From Bryobacterales bacterium (GTDB lineage Bacteria > Acidobacteriota > Terriglobia > Bryobacterales > UBA6623), in NCBI GenBank assembly GCA_963422375.2, contig CAXXKD010000001.1, forward strand, positions 288,001-352,000: 64,000 bases of DNA. Direction: 5' to 3'. The notes beneath the pieces were generated by a model that saw only the letters and a list, made by a program, of their open reading frames with translations, was not told the origin of the DNA and searched no databases. Shown here in pieces: positions 1-9,801 of the stretch. The position numbers and the translations under genes were made by a program. Positions within the stretch are counted from its first letter, which is position 1. Each line of letters starts with the position of its first letter.

Positions 1-1
1 T

Positions 2-1087
2 CAGCTTGCTGCCGCCGGAGAACTGGTAGTCGAACCGGGGCGTGAGCGCCCAAGCGTCGTTGGTCGCCTCGAAGGGCTCTTCGAGGCTCCTGAAGTAGTC
101 GTACGCCTCGGGCCCGCGGTCCCGGTCCGCCCCGGCCAGCGCCGGAAACTCGACGTAGCGCGGGCGCGAGCTAACTTGGCGCTCGACCGCGAAGAACCAG
201 AACGCCTTGTCCGCGCGAAGCGGGCCGCCAGCGGACCCCCCGAATTGCTGGAGCCGTTCGAGCACCTTGACGCCGAACGGATCGACCAGTCCGAGCCTCG
301 GATGGCGAATCTGGTAGAAGGCGTCGCCATGCGGGCTGTTGCCGCCGGACTTGGTGGAGACGTTCACTATGCCGGATACCGTCCGCCCGTACTCCGCAGT
401 GAATCCCGAGGTCACGGCCTGGAACTCCTGGACCGCGCTCTGCGGCACCGTGATCACCGACTGCGCGCGCTCGCCGCCTTGGATGCCGCCGAAGAACGCT
501 TGGTTGTAGTCCGCCCCGTCGACTTGGACGTTGGTGTAGATTCCGCGCAGCGCCGCGAAGGACAGATGGCCGACCGCTGGCGAAATCTGCACCGTCGGCG
601 TCAGCAGGGCGAAGTCGTGGAACCGCCGGCCGTTGATCGGCAGGTCGTTGAATGTCCGGCTGGCGACCACGCTGCTGGAGGCCGGCATCATGGCGTCCAG
701 CAGGGAAGCGGAGACCTCGATCGAGACGTGCGTCGCCCCGATGGCCAGATCCAGGTCGACGTGGACCGCGCGGCCGACGCTCACCACGATCCCGTCCACC
801 GTGCCCGGCGCGAAGTCGGGGCTCGAGCCGACGACCGAATACTCGCCAGGGGGCAGCGAGCCGGCTTGGTACCAGCCGGTACCGTCGGTCTGGACCTCAC
901 GCTCGGACCCGCTCTCGAGGCCTGCGACGGTCACCGTCGCGTCCGGGATTGCCGCGCCGTCGGGTCCCGTGACCAAGCCGACGATGCGGCCGAGGTTGGC
1001 GTCGAACTGCGCCTCGAGCCGACCGTTGAAAGCGTGCGGCGCGGCAAGCAGCAAGAGGGCGGCGATTGGCCGGAGGATACTCCGCAA
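2..1087 (-). CDS. TonB-dependent receptor with N-terminal carboxypeptidase-regulatory-like domain (5' part; runs off the window start)
   Basis: Not in the ORF track. Manual minus-strand translation from TTG at 1087 gives MRSILRPIAALLLLAAP (signal peptide)...GRIVGLVTGPDGAAIPDATVTV...DLPINGRRFHDFALLTP...AVQEFQAVTSGFTAEYGR...VNVSTKSGGN...QQFGGSAGGP. Open to position 2. Confidence 0.9.
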   Translation of the reverse strand, partial: MRSILRPIAALLLLAAPHAFNGRLEAQFDANLGRIVGLVTGPDGAAIPDATVTVAGLESGSEREVQTDGTGWYQAGSLPPGEYSVVGSSPDFAPGTVDGIVVSVGRAVHVDLDLAIGATHVSIEVSASLLDAMMPASSSVVASRTFNDLPINGRRFHDFALLTPTVQISPAVGHLSFAALRGIYTNVQVDGADYNQAFFGGIQGGERAQSVITVPQSAVQEFQAVTSGFTAEYGRTVSGIVNVSTKSGGNSPHGDAFYQIRHPRLGLVDPFGVKVLERLQQFGGSAGGPLRADKAFWFFAVERQVSSRPRYVEFPALAGADRDRGPEAYDYFRSLEEPFEATNDAWALTPRFDYQFSGGSKL

Positions 1088-1374
1088 TGTCCGCGCCGAC
1101 GCGACCGCGCCGCTGCGTTGCAATCGACGGCGGACATGCATTTTCACCCAGTGTACCCGCAGGCGCGATGCATGCGGTGGAGGCCGCATCTTCGAGGCGC
1201 CGCGACGTATCATACGCTCCGGGCGATGGCTGCGGCGGGCCGTCGGGCGTCCGATGCACGGGGCCGTTCGCTTCTTCCAATCGTCCGCGGCGGCCGCCAC
1301 GGCGCGTCGCCGTGGCGGTCGGTCGGGATGCCGCCTCCCATCATGTAGACTGGCTTCTGGGGAGCCTCCTGCCG

Positions 1375-1929
1375 ATGCGGAACGCCAGCGCCCGTCCCGA
1401 GCGGAGCGGCTCCTGCTGCGTCGGCTTGGGGCTCGACGCGAGAGTGCTCGTCCCCTTCGCGGCGCTGGTCGCGGTGCTGGACTGGGTCACGAAGCGGGCC
1501 GTGGCGGAATCGATGCCGCACGGGGCGAGCGAGGCCGTGGTGGGGGGATTCTTCAACCTAGTGCATGTCCGCAATACCGGCATCGCGTTCAGCCTGTTCG
1601 CGGATTCCGCGCCTTGGTTCCGCGACTACGTGCTGCCGTCCGTCTCTTTCGCCGCCATCGTGGTCATCGCCGCCATGTTCCGCGGACTGCGCGGGATGCC
1701 GGCCAGCAGTCGCGTCGCTCTCGCCCTGGTCCTCGCGGGCGCGGCCGGCAATCTCGTTGAGAGAGTGCGCCACGGCTACGTAACCGACTTCCTGGACTTT
1801 CACGTCGGTTCGCTGCACTGGCCGGCGTTCAACGTGGCCGACAGCTCGATCACGGTGGGCGTCTGCCTCCTGCTTCTGGACTCCCTGCGGGGGCGCCACG
1901 GGGCGCCCGCCGCCGCGTCTGCCGACTAG
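1375..1929 (+). CDS. lspA: Signal peptidase II (lipoprotein signal peptidase)
   Basis: Motifs DWVTK, NTGIAFS, GAAGNLVER, GYVTDF, WPAFNVADSSITVG. Start approximate (ATG 1375 in frame with ORF 1066..1929). Confidence 0.93.
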   Translation: MRNASARPERSGSCCVGLGLDARVLVPFAALVAVLDWVTKRAVAESMPHGASEAVVGGFFNLVHVRNTGIAFSLFADSAPWFRDYVLPSVSFAAIVVIAAMFRGLRGMPASSRVALALVLAGAAGNLVERVRHGYVTDFLDFHVGSLHWPAFNVADSSITVGVCLLLLDSLRGRHGAPAAASAD

Positions 1930-1944
1930 TCGCGCTCCCGCCGC

Positions 1945-2793
1945 ATGTATCCCGAACTCCTGTCGGTCGGCGGGTTCTCGCTGCCCACGTACGGCGTGCT
2001 GATCGCCTTGGGCTTCCTCGTCGGGATCACCGTCGCGAGCCGCTTGGCGCGCCGGGCGGAATTGGAGCCCGAGCGCGTCACGAATCTCGCCGTGTTGCTC
2101 CTGCTGGCCGCGATCGTAGGCGCGAAGCTCTTCATGATTCTCGACAGCTGGGAGTACTACTCGGGTGACCTCGGCAGGCTGTTCTCGATCTCGGCCCTGC
2201 GTTCGGGAGGCGTCTTCTACGGAGGCCTGCTGACGGCGCTCGCCGTGGCGTACTACTACACGCGCCGGCACCGCATGCCGTGGCTTGCCACGGCGGACGC
2301 GATGGTGCCGGGACTGGCCTTCGGCCATGCCATCGGCCGGATGGGCTGCTTCGCTGCGGGCTGTTGCTGGGGGCGCGAAACCCACCTCGCATGGGCGGTC
2401 ACTTTCACCGATCCCCAGGCGCACAGCTTCACGGGAGTGCCCCTGAACGTGCCGCTGCATCCGACGCAGCTGTACGAAGCGCTAGGGACCGCGCTGGTCG
2501 CGGCGCTGCTGCTCTGGCGCTATCTGCGCCCCCATGCGCCCGGGGCGATACTCGGCAGCTATCTGGTCCTGTATTCCGCCTTCCGCTTCGGCGTGGAGTT
2601 CTTCCGGGACGAGGGTGCCCGCACGCTGCTGGTCGGCGGGGTCATCAGCTCCACCCAGTGCGTGGCCGTCGTGTTGGCGATCGCTGGAATCTGGCTGGTT
2701 CGCGCGGCACCGCGCCTCCCTGAGCCGCCGCAGCGCCCCGGGACAGGTCGCAAGCCCAGTTCCGTCGCGACGACCCCGGGCAGGAGGCGCTGA
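1945..2793 (+). CDS. lgt: Prolipoprotein diacylglyceryl transferase
   Basis: YGVLIALG, GGVFYGG, GRMGCFAAGCCWG, HPTQLYE, RFGVEFFR; follows lspA. Confidence 0.95.
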   Translation: MYPELLSVGGFSLPTYGVLIALGFLVGITVASRLARRAELEPERVTNLAVLLLLAAIVGAKLFMILDSWEYYSGDLGRLFSISALRSGGVFYGGLLTALAVAYYYTRRHRMPWLATADAMVPGLAFGHAIGRMGCFAAGCCWGRETHLAWAVTFTDPQAHSFTGVPLNVPLHPTQLYEALGTALVAALLLWRYLRPHAPGAILGSYLVLYSAFRFGVEFFRDEGARTLLVGGVISSTQCVAVVLAIAGIWLVRAAPRLPEPPQRPGTGRKPSSVATTPGRRR

Positions 2794-2804
2794 CGCCGCC
2801 GGGC

Positions 2805-3410
2805 CTACGCGCCGGTGTTCAGCGTGTTCGGCGACCCGGCTTCGTACTCGACGATGCGTTCCAGCCTCTGCAGGATGTAGCTGAGCTGGTCGCCGCCCTC
2901 GAGCAGGCACTGGCGCGAGAAGCCGTCCACCGGGAACGTCACCGCCCGCCCGCCCGGAAGCACTAGCGACTGCGTTTCCAGGTCGACGGTCAGGACGAAG
3001 TCCCCCGTGTCGACGCGGTCGAAGAGCTCGTCAAGAGTCGGCCGGTCCACGACAACCGGGAGCAGCCCGTTCTTCAGGCAGTTGTTGCGGAAGATGTCGG
3101 CGAACGAGGTGCTGATGACGGCGCGGAATCCGAAGCCCAGCAGCGCCCACGGCGCATGCTCGCGCGAGCTGCCGCAGCCGAAGTTGTCGCCCGCCAGCAG
3201 GATGCTGGCGCCCTGCGCGCCGGGCCGGTTCAGGACGAACTCGGGATTCGGAGTTCCGTCGGCGAGGTATCGCCAATCGTTGAAGAGATTCTCGCCCAGG
3301 CCCAGCTTCGCGATCGTCTTCAAGAATCGTGCCGGGATGATCTGGTCGGTGTCGATGTCGCTGACGCGCAACGCGGCGACCTTGCCGCTGAATCTCTTGA
3401 CAGTCTGCAT
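2805..3410 (-). CDS. leuD: 3-isopropylmalate dehydratase small subunit
   Basis: MQTVKRFSG...DIDTDQIIPARFLK...NFGCGSSREHAPWAL...FADIFRNN; C-terminal part of ORF 2805..4439. Confidence 0.96.
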   Translation of the reverse strand: MQTVKRFSGKVAALRVSDIDTDQIIPARFLKTIAKLGLGENLFNDWRYLADGTPNPEFVLNRPGAQGASILLAGDNFGCGSSREHAPWALLGFGFRAVISTSFADIFRNNCLKNGLLPVVVDRPTLDELFDRVDTGDFVLTVDLETQSLVLPGGRAVTFPVDGFSRQCLLEGGDQLSYILQRLERIVEYEAGSPNTLNTGA

Positions 3411-3430
3411 GGCGCAGCTCCCTCCTCGCT

Positions 3431-4819
3431 CTATAGGTAGGCGCGCGGGTCGGCGACCCGTCCCTCGACCGCCGCAGCGGCCGCCGTCAGCGGGCTTGAC
3501 AGGAATGTCCGCCCGCCCTTGCCCTGGCGACCTTCGAAATTGCGGTTGCTGGTCGAGACGCAGTACTGGCCGCTGGCGAGCTGGTCGCCGTTCATGCCGA
3601 TGCACATGCTGCAGCCGGCGTCGCGCCAGTCGGCCCCGGCTGCGCGGAAGACGTCCGCCAGCCCCTCGGCAACCGCCTGCGCCCTGACCTTCTCCGAGCC
3701 CGGCACGACCAGCATCCGCACGCGCGGGTCGACCTTGCGCCCCTTCAACAGGGCGGCCGCCTGCCGCAGGTCCGAGATGCGCGAGTTGGTGCAGCTCCCG
3801 AGGAAGACCACGTCCACCGGCTGGCCGAGCAGCGGCTTGCCCGGCTCGATCTGCATGTACTCCAGCGCCTTGCGCACGCCCGTGCTGCCGTTCGCCTCGG
3901 GCACGGGCTGGCTGATTCCGACGCCCATGCCGGGGTTGGTGCCCCAGGTGATCATCGGTTCCAATGACGCCGCGTCGATCGTGACGGTGCGGTCGTAGTC
4001 CGCGCCCTCGTCGGTCGGGAGGCGGCGCCAGCGCTCGACTGCCGCGTCCCATTCGGCTCCCGCCGGCGAGGCGGGCCTGCCGGCCAGGTACTCGTAGGTC
4101 GTGTCGTCCGGGGCGATCATGCCTGCGCGGGCGCCTCCCTCGATCGACATGTTGCAGACGGTCATGCGGCCTTCCATGGACAGCGAGCGGATCGCCTCGC
4201 CCGTGTATTCCAGCACCTGGCCCGTGCCGCCGCCCACGCCGATTCTCGCGATGAGGGCCAGGATCAGGTCCTTGGCGACAATGCCTTCGGACGCGCGTCC
4301 CGCGAAGCGCACCGCGCAGGTGCTGGACTTGGCCTGCAGGAGGCACTGCGTCGCCAGCACATGCTCCACCTCGGTCGTGCCGATGCCGAAGGCCAGCGCC
4401 CCGAACGCCCCGTGCGTCGAGGTGTGGCTGTCCCCGCACACCACCGTGATGCCGGGCCGCGTCAGTCCGAGTTCCGGGCCGATGACATGGACGATGCCTT
4501 GCGACTCGTCGCCGACGTCCTTCAGCGGCACGCCGAATTCCCGGCAGTTGATGCGCAGCCGCTGGACTTGCTTGGCCGCGATCGGGTCGACGATCGGTAG
4601 GGCCTGGTCGCGCGTCGGAATGCTGTGGTCCATCGTGGCCACGGTCCGGTCCGGCCGGCGGACCCCGATGCCTCGGTCACGCAGTCCCTGGAACGCCTGC
4701 GGCGACGTCACCTCGTGGACTAGGTGCAGGTCGATGTACAGCACCGCCGGCGCGCCTTTCTCGTGCGCCACCACATGGGAATCCCAGACCTTCTCGTAGA
4801 GCGTGCGGGGCTTGGTCAC
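3431..4819 (-). CDS. leuC: 3-isopropylmalate dehydratase large subunit
   Basis: [52 protein letters not shown]. Confidence 0.98.
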   Translation of the reverse strand: MTKPRTLYEKVWDSHVVAHEKGAPAVLYIDLHLVHEVTSPQAFQGLRDRGIGVRRPDRTVATMDHSIPTRDQALPIVDPIAAKQVQRLRINCREFGVPLKDVGDESQGIVHVIGPELGLTRPGITVVCGDSHTSTHGAFGALAFGIGTTEVEHVLATQCLLQAKSSTCAVRFAGRASEGIVAKDLILALIARIGVGGGTGQVLEYTGEAIRSLSMEGRMTVCNMSIEGGARAGMIAPDDTTYEYLAGRPASPAGAEWDAAVERWRRLPTDEGADYDRTVTIDAASLEPMITWGTNPGMGVGISQPVPEANGSTGVRKALEYMQIEPGKPLLGQPVDVVFLGSCTNSRISDLRQAAALLKGRKVDPRVRMLVVPGSEKVRAQAVAEGLADVFRAAGADWRDAGCSMCIGMNGDQLASGQYCVSTSNRNFEGRQGKGGRTFLSSPLTAAAAAVEGRVADPRAYL

Positions 4820-4904
4820 GTCTTGAGTCTAGCGCAGGCACGGCCGCCGCAGGCGGCCCGTGGCGGGCTCCCTCGGCGAAGGCGCGAGCCCTTCCGTCCC
4901 GCGG

Positions 4905-4933
4905 TTGACAGCGGATCGGGAGCCCCCTAGACT
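4905..4933 (+). promoter_or_regulatory. Sigma70-type promoter (TTGACA-17 nt-TAGACT)
   Basis: Consensus -35 TTGACA at 4905-4910, 17-nt spacer, TAGACT at 4928-4933; points toward the dksA-like relic and the HNH gene. Confidence 0.7.
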
Positions 4934-5019
4934 GCGAAAGGCGGCGCATTCCCGGGTTGCGGGCGCGGCGGCAGCCTCGGCCTCGCTCGGTCGCGGGCCG
5001 GAATCGCTTGGCGGCGTTC

Positions 5020-5241
5020 CGTCGGCCGCCCGAGAGAGATTGGCGCCAGACCTGCGTGCGCCCGTAGCGCGGATCTCCCGCACCCGCTGGACGGCGCGGG
5101 AGATCGGATTCTCGTCGGGCGGCCGTCGCTCGACTCGGTGCCGGCGAGTTTGGTATCTGTGAAGAGTGCGGTCAGTGGGTCGGCCTCAAGCGGCACGGAG
5201 CGGTTCCGTGGACGCTTTGCTGCAGGGACGGCGTGGAATAA
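5020..5241 (+). pseudogene. Decayed DksA/TraR C4-type zinc-finger gene
   Basis: 5122-5241 reads AVARLGAGEFGICEECGQWVGLKRHGAVPWTLCCRDGVE*, matching the DksA/TraR pattern GxFGxCxxCGxxIxxxRLxAxPxxxxCxxC but with the last Cys lost. No credible in-frame start. 5' boundary approximate. Confidence 0.7.
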
Positions 5242-5420
5242 ATCGAGTTCGAAGCAGCGTCGCATAGCGTGAGGTGAGCTTTCCCGAGCCGCAGGTCCAA
5301 CCATTCCAGTCTAGAGCGATCCCCCGCTCAATCCGGGCGGCGGACCGGCGGGCCCGCTGTCGCCGCTAGCCTTGTCTGCCGGGGCCGAGCGGCGCGCGTC
5401 GCGGGCTCGGGAGCTGCGCG

Positions 5421-5957
5421 ATGACGGACTCCCCGCGGGCCAGCGCGCTGCGCGAGCCGGTGCTGGTCCTGAACGCCAGCTACGAGCCAATTCACGTCTG
5501 CGCGGTCCGGCGAGCGCTCGTTCTGATCGTCAAGGGAGTCGCGTCGGCCGAGGAGGCCGGCGAGGGCAGCGTGCGTTCGCCTTCCCAGAGCCTCGCTGTC
5601 CCATCCGTGATCCGCTTGCTGGAGTACCGGCGCATCCCGCGGCAGATGCGGGCCATCTCCCGCAAGAACATCCTCATCCGGGACCAGCACACCTGCCAGT
5701 ACTGCGACCAGCCGTTCGGGGCGGGCGAGCTGACGCTGGACCACGTCGTGCCCCGCTCGCGCGGCGGCAGCAACACTTGGGAGAATCTCGTCGCCTGCTG
5801 CCTGCGCTGCAACAACCGCAAGGGCGACCGCCTGCCCGGCGAGGCCTCGATGAAGCTCAGCCGGCCGCCGAAGCCGTTCAACCTCCACACCAGCCGCAGC
5901 CTGATGCGGCAGCTCGGGAGCCAGCAGGAGGCTTGGCGCAAGTACCTCTTCTTCTGA
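5421..5957 (+). CDS. HNH endonuclease (McrA-like)
   Basis: VLVLNASYEP, PSVIRL, RDQHTCQYC, LTLDHVVPRSRGG, WENLVACCLRCNNRKG. Confidence 0.93.
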   Translation: MTDSPRASALREPVLVLNASYEPIHVCAVRRALVLIVKGVASAEEAGEGSVRSPSQSLAVPSVIRLLEYRRIPRQMRAISRKNILIRDQHTCQYCDQPFGAGELTLDHVVPRSRGGSNTWENLVACCLRCNNRKGDRLPGEASMKLSRPPKPFNLHTSRSLMRQLGSQQEAWRKYLFF

Positions 5958-5973
5958 CCCCCCCCCCCCCCCC
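5958..5973. repeat. Poly-C tract (C16)
   Basis: 16 consecutive C immediately after the HNH stop codon. Confidence 0.9.
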
Positions 5974-5997
5974 GGCCGGTCACGCATACTGGATTCG

Positions 5998-6687
5998 ATG
6001 AATCGGGCTGAGTGGCTGCTGTGCGACGCGGACGACACCCTGTGGGAGAACAACGTCTTCTTCGAGGAGGCGATCCGCGAGTTCGTCGTCTTTGCGGACC
6101 GTCCTGATCTGGGGCCCGCCGAGATTCGCGCGAGGCTGGACAGGGTCGAGGCGCGCAACATCAAGGTCAACGGATACGGCACGGAGAACTTCGGTCGCAA
6201 TCTTGTCGAGTGCTTCGAGACGCTCCGGGGGCGGGCCGCGCGGGACAGCGAGCTGCGGCGCCTGCGCGACATGACCGACCGGGTCCTTCATGCCCCGGTC
6301 GTGCCCATCGAGGGCGTCGAGGAAACGCTGGAGGCACTGGCCGTGCGCAACCGGCTCGGACTGGTGACCAAGGGGGTCTCAGAGGAACAGGACGCCAAGC
6401 TGCGTCGCTCCGGCCTTGGCGATTGGTTCGAGCACGTCAGCAACGTCGGCGAGAAGGACGCCGAGTGCTACCGCGCAGTGGTCCGCGAGATCGGCGCGGA
6501 TGCCCGGCGGACTTGGATGATCGGCAACAGTCCCAAATCCGACATCAATCCGGCCCTGGAGGCCGGCTTGGGAGCGGTCCTCGTGCGCAACGTCAACACG
6601 TGGCGCCTCGAACTGCAGGACCTGCCCGTGCCGCACGAGCGCTTCCTGCGGGTGGACCGCTTCGCCGAATTGGCCTCTCTGTTCTGA
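5998..6687 (+). CDS. HAD-superfamily hydrolase
   Basis: Motif I DADDTLW, LVTKG, WMIGNSPKSDINPA. Confidence 0.92.
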   Translation: MNRAEWLLCDADDTLWENNVFFEEAIREFVVFADRPDLGPAEIRARLDRVEARNIKVNGYGTENFGRNLVECFETLRGRAARDSELRRLRDMTDRVLHAPVVPIEGVEETLEALAVRNRLGLVTKGVSEEQDAKLRRSGLGDWFEHVSNVGEKDAECYRAVVREIGADARRTWMIGNSPKSDINPALEAGLGAVLVRNVNTWRLELQDLPVPHERFLRVDRFAELASLF

Positions 6688-6722
6688 CGCGCTCCCGGCC
6701 GCGGCGTCGCTCGGCCCGCGTC

Positions 6723-7982
6723 TCAGGCCGCGACGCGCCGGTAGATGTCCATCGTTTCGGACGCCATGCGATCGGATGCGAACCGCGCCAGAACGGCGGC
6801 CCGCCCGGCCTGGCCCAGGCTGCCCGCGGCCCGGCGGTCAGCGGCGAGCACGCCGAGCTTGGCGGCGAGGCTGGCGCTGTCGCGCGGCTCGCAGGCGAGG
6901 CCTCCCTCCGTCGCGGCGAGCAGCTCGGGAAACGCGCCGATGCGCGGCTGGACGACTGGGACTCCCGCCGCCAGAGCCTCGAGCACGTACAGGCCCTTGG
7001 AGGCTCGGTAGGTCGCCGGTACGGAAAACGCGTCAAGGCTCTCCAGGAACTCGACCTTGCCCGCGCGAGACAAATAGCCTAGGTCCTCGAAGCCGTGGCG
7101 CGCGCGCAAGTCGTCCACGTACCGTTGGGTCGACCCCGCCCGCCATCCGGCCACGCGCAGCTGCACCTCGCGGTCGGGCCGCGCCTCCCGCAATCGCTCC
7201 ACGGCCTCGGCCAGGAGTGCGAGCCCCTTCGTCGGCGAGATCCGGGCCAGGAAGCCGACCACGAACGGACCCTCCACGCGTACCGGCCGCGACTCGAAGC
7301 CCTCGGTCGCGATCCCCGGAAGGACGGTCTCGATCCGCTGGGCCGCCACACCTAGGATCGGCGCCATGATCCTAGCTTGGTCCTCGCAGGGCGCGACAAA
7401 GCGGTCGACGCGCTGGGCGTGGCTGCGCAGCAAGTCGTAGCATTCGGCGCGGTAGGGCTCGGGCAGGCCCGCGAGAAAGTCCGCTTCGCCTTGCAGCGAG
7501 CAGACGACGGGAACTCCGAGGCCGGCGGCGACGGGTCCGGCGAGGCTGGCCAGCATCGAGTTGGTCAGATGCACGACCTGCGGGCGGATCTCTCGCACCG
7601 CGGACACGAGCTTGGCGACTTCCCGCCGGTAGGGCCCGTCGGCGCCGAGGAAGGTGTCCCGCGTCATGGCACCTAGGTTGGCCGGGTCCGTGTCGACGGC
7701 GAAGCTCGACGCCCAGCGCAGCAGGCGCGGATGGTCCAGGATGCGGTCGAGCAAGCCGAACCGGCGGAAGAACGAGAACTTGCTCTGGAGGTACAGATTG
7801 ACTCCGCCGAGGACGATCCGCTCGTCGCTGACGTTCTCTTCGTCGGTCAGCAGCGGCGTGTAGGCAGGCAGCAGCACGGCGTCGTGGCCTTGGCGCATCA
7901 GCGCCTTGGCCAGCGCGTTGTCCTTCAGGCAGTTGCCGCAAATCGTGCCCGCCGCTCCGGCCGTGACGTATGCGATTCTCAA
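6723..7982 (-). CDS. Glycosyltransferase family 4
   Basis: VGFLARISPTKG, KGLYVLEALAAGVPVV (GT-B signature); N-terminal CGNC motif. Confidence 0.9.
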   Translation of the reverse strand: MRIAYVTAGAAGTICGNCLKDNALAKALMRQGHDAVLLPAYTPLLTDEENVSDERIVLGGVNLYLQSKFSFFRRFGLLDRILDHPRLLRWASSFAVDTDPANLGAMTRDTFLGADGPYRREVAKLVSAVREIRPQVVHLTNSMLASLAGPVAAGLGVPVVCSLQGEADFLAGLPEPYRAECYDLLRSHAQRVDRFVAPCEDQARIMAPILGVAAQRIETVLPGIATEGFESRPVRVEGPFVVGFLARISPTKGLALLAEAVERLREARPDREVQLRVAGWRAGSTQRYVDDLRARHGFEDLGYLSRAGKVEFLESLDAFSVPATYRASKGLYVLEALAAGVPVVQPRIGAFPELLAATEGGLACEPRDSASLAAKLGVLAADRRAAGSLGQAGRAAVLARFASDRMASETMDIYRRVAA

Positions 7983-8017
7983 CGCCGCCTCCCTGCCGTC
8001 CAGCGTGCGCTGTCGCG

Positions 8018-9532
8018 TCAGGTCGCGAAGAACTTCTGGATCACGCGTTCCGGCGGGGGCTTGGTTGCCAGCGAGACCCCCACCAGCGCGGCCGCGGCCG
8101 CGGCGACCATTGTGGCCGCCGGCAGCATCCCCAGGAACAGGTACGAAGGGTCGGCCCCGTACCCGCTGCTACGGAAGAATACCAGCCCGAGCGCCGCGGC
8201 GGTCAGCACGGCGGCCAGCGCTCCCGCAGCCGTCGCTCGCCGCCAGTACAGGCCGGCGACTGCGACGGGAAACAGCGCCGCGTACCCGCTGAAGCACCAC
8301 ACGCCCAGGGTGAACACGCTGCGCGGCTCGCTGAGCGAGAGCAGGTAGGCCGCTGCCGCCACGCATGCGACGACCCACCGGCCGAGCCGCACCGCCTCGG
8401 CGTCGCTCAGCCTCCTTTCGCCGAGCAGCTCGACCGCGATGTCGTTGGTGAACATGGACCCGATCGCCAGGAACTGCGAGTCCAGCGAGGACATGATCGC
8501 CGCCAGGATGCCGGCCCCGAGAATCCCTCCCATTAGCGGGGTCGTCAGCCGCTGCACCATGACGGCCAGCTCGCTGTTGACCGGGGACCCCTGGGATACC
8601 ACGGCGGAACCGTCGGGCATCGCGGCGGACGTGGCCCAGACGCCGATCAGCACGCACGGGAGCCACACCAGCAGCATGCAGACCGGGTGCAGCACGAGCA
8701 TGGGCTTGAACGAGTTTGCCGACCGCGCCGTGAGCCAGTGCTGGTACACGTGGGGGAACATTCCGATCGACAGCGGGATGAAGCAATAGCTGAAGAAGTG
8801 CAGCTGGCCCATCCCCTCGCCGCGGACCAGCTTCTCCGGATGCGCGGCCAGTACGGCTTGCGTCGCCGCCTGGGCCCCGCCGAGCTTCGCCGAAATGACG
8901 AGCAACGTGGCGACTCCGGTGAGCATGAACACGCCCGCTTGCAAGGCGTTTGCCCATGCCGCGGCGCGCAGGCCGCCGACGAACACGTAGAGCAGCACGA
9001 CCGACGTGACGGCCAGGCCCGTGAGCCACGGCGGGACCCCTCCTCCCGTCGAGGCGAAGGGGCCCGGAAACGCCCCCGCCGTCAGGGCTTGCACGACGCT
9101 GCCCGCGCCGAGCAGGCCGACCAGGACGTACGGCACGACCAAGCCCGCCAGCACCGGAAACAGCGCGAGGCCCAGCGCGCGGCTGTCGAAGCGATCGCGG
9201 AAGAACTGGATCTGGGTCGTGTAGCCGTGCTTCCGACCCATCGCCCACAGCCGGACGCCGACGAAGAAGAACACCGCCGAATGCACGAGACCCGACCAAG
9301 ACGCCATCAGGCCGTACACGCCGATCCCGCTGCGATAGGCCTCGCCGGTGCTGCCGACAAGCGAGAAGGCGGTCATGGACGTGCCGAACACCGAGAGCAT
9401 CAGCAGCAAGGGACCGATGGAGCGGCTCGCGAGGAAGAAGTCCTGGGCGGTCCGGCGGAAGGCCCGGTTGCTCAGTATCCCGAGAGCGACCAGGGCGCAG
9501 AGGTAGGCGCAGATGATCGCGAGCTGGGTCAT
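8018..9532 (-). CDS. Sodium:solute symporter family protein
   Basis: Start MTQLAII; DFFLASRSIG, GILAAIMSSLDS; many TM segments. Confidence 0.92.
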   Translation of the reverse strand: MTQLAIICAYLCALVALGILSNRAFRRTAQDFFLASRSIGPLLLMLSVFGTSMTAFSLVGSTGEAYRSGIGVYGLMASWSGLVHSAVFFFVGVRLWAMGRKHGYTTQIQFFRDRFDSRALGLALFPVLAGLVVPYVLVGLLGAGSVVQALTAGAFPGPFASTGGGVPPWLTGLAVTSVVLLYVFVGGLRAAAWANALQAGVFMLTGVATLLVISAKLGGAQAATQAVLAAHPEKLVRGEGMGQLHFFSYCFIPLSIGMFPHVYQHWLTARSANSFKPMLVLHPVCMLLVWLPCVLIGVWATSAAMPDGSAVVSQGSPVNSELAVMVQRLTTPLMGGILGAGILAAIMSSLDSQFLAIGSMFTNDIAVELLGERRLSDAEAVRLGRWVVACVAAAAYLLSLSEPRSVFTLGVWCFSGYAALFPVAVAGLYWRRATAAGALAAVLTAAALGLVFFRSSGYGADPSYLFLGMLPAATMVAAAAAALVGVSLATKPPPERVIQKFFAT

Positions 9533-9762
9533 CCGGGGCGGCCCCCGTCGCCCCGTCGCGGCTCGCCGGCGTCGAGGTCGACCGGCCAGCCGAAGCGCGC
9601 CGCCGCGGCCCACAGTGCGGCAGTCGCGAGCGAGTACGCCGCGTGGTACGCCAGGCCGGACGGCAGGAAGCCGAAGACCAAGCGGTAGTCGCTCCAGAGC
9701 CAGGCGTCATGGTGCAGCAGCGCGAACGCTGCTAGGCCGGCGCACAGGAATCGCGTCTTCAT
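9529..9762 (-). CDS. Small membrane protein (DUF3311-like partner of the SSS transporter)
   Basis: LLHHDAWLW...VFGFLPSGLAYH; 4-nt overlap (ATGA) with the symporter start. Confidence 0.8.
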   Translation of the reverse strand: MKTRFLCAGLAAFALLHHDAWLWSDYRLVFGFLPSGLAYHAAYSLATAALWAAAARFGWPVDLDAGEPRRGDGGRPG

Positions 9763-9801
9763 CGGCGGCAGGGGGAGTGGCGCGGTTCGGTCGGCTTGGG
9801 G

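Noticed and set aside
176..1760. Long plus-strand ORFs 176..1348 and 633..1760
   Set aside because: Antisense shadows of the TonB receptor or alternate frames of lspA, typical of high-GC DNA.
4820..4900. Leucine attenuator or T-box upstream of leuC
   Set aside because: No Leu-rich leader peptide or T-box motif; leuC appears leaderless.
5958..5973. C16 run as a third phase-variable promoter spacer
   Set aside because: Not adjacent to a -10 box on either strand; it may indicate that such runs are partly artefactual.
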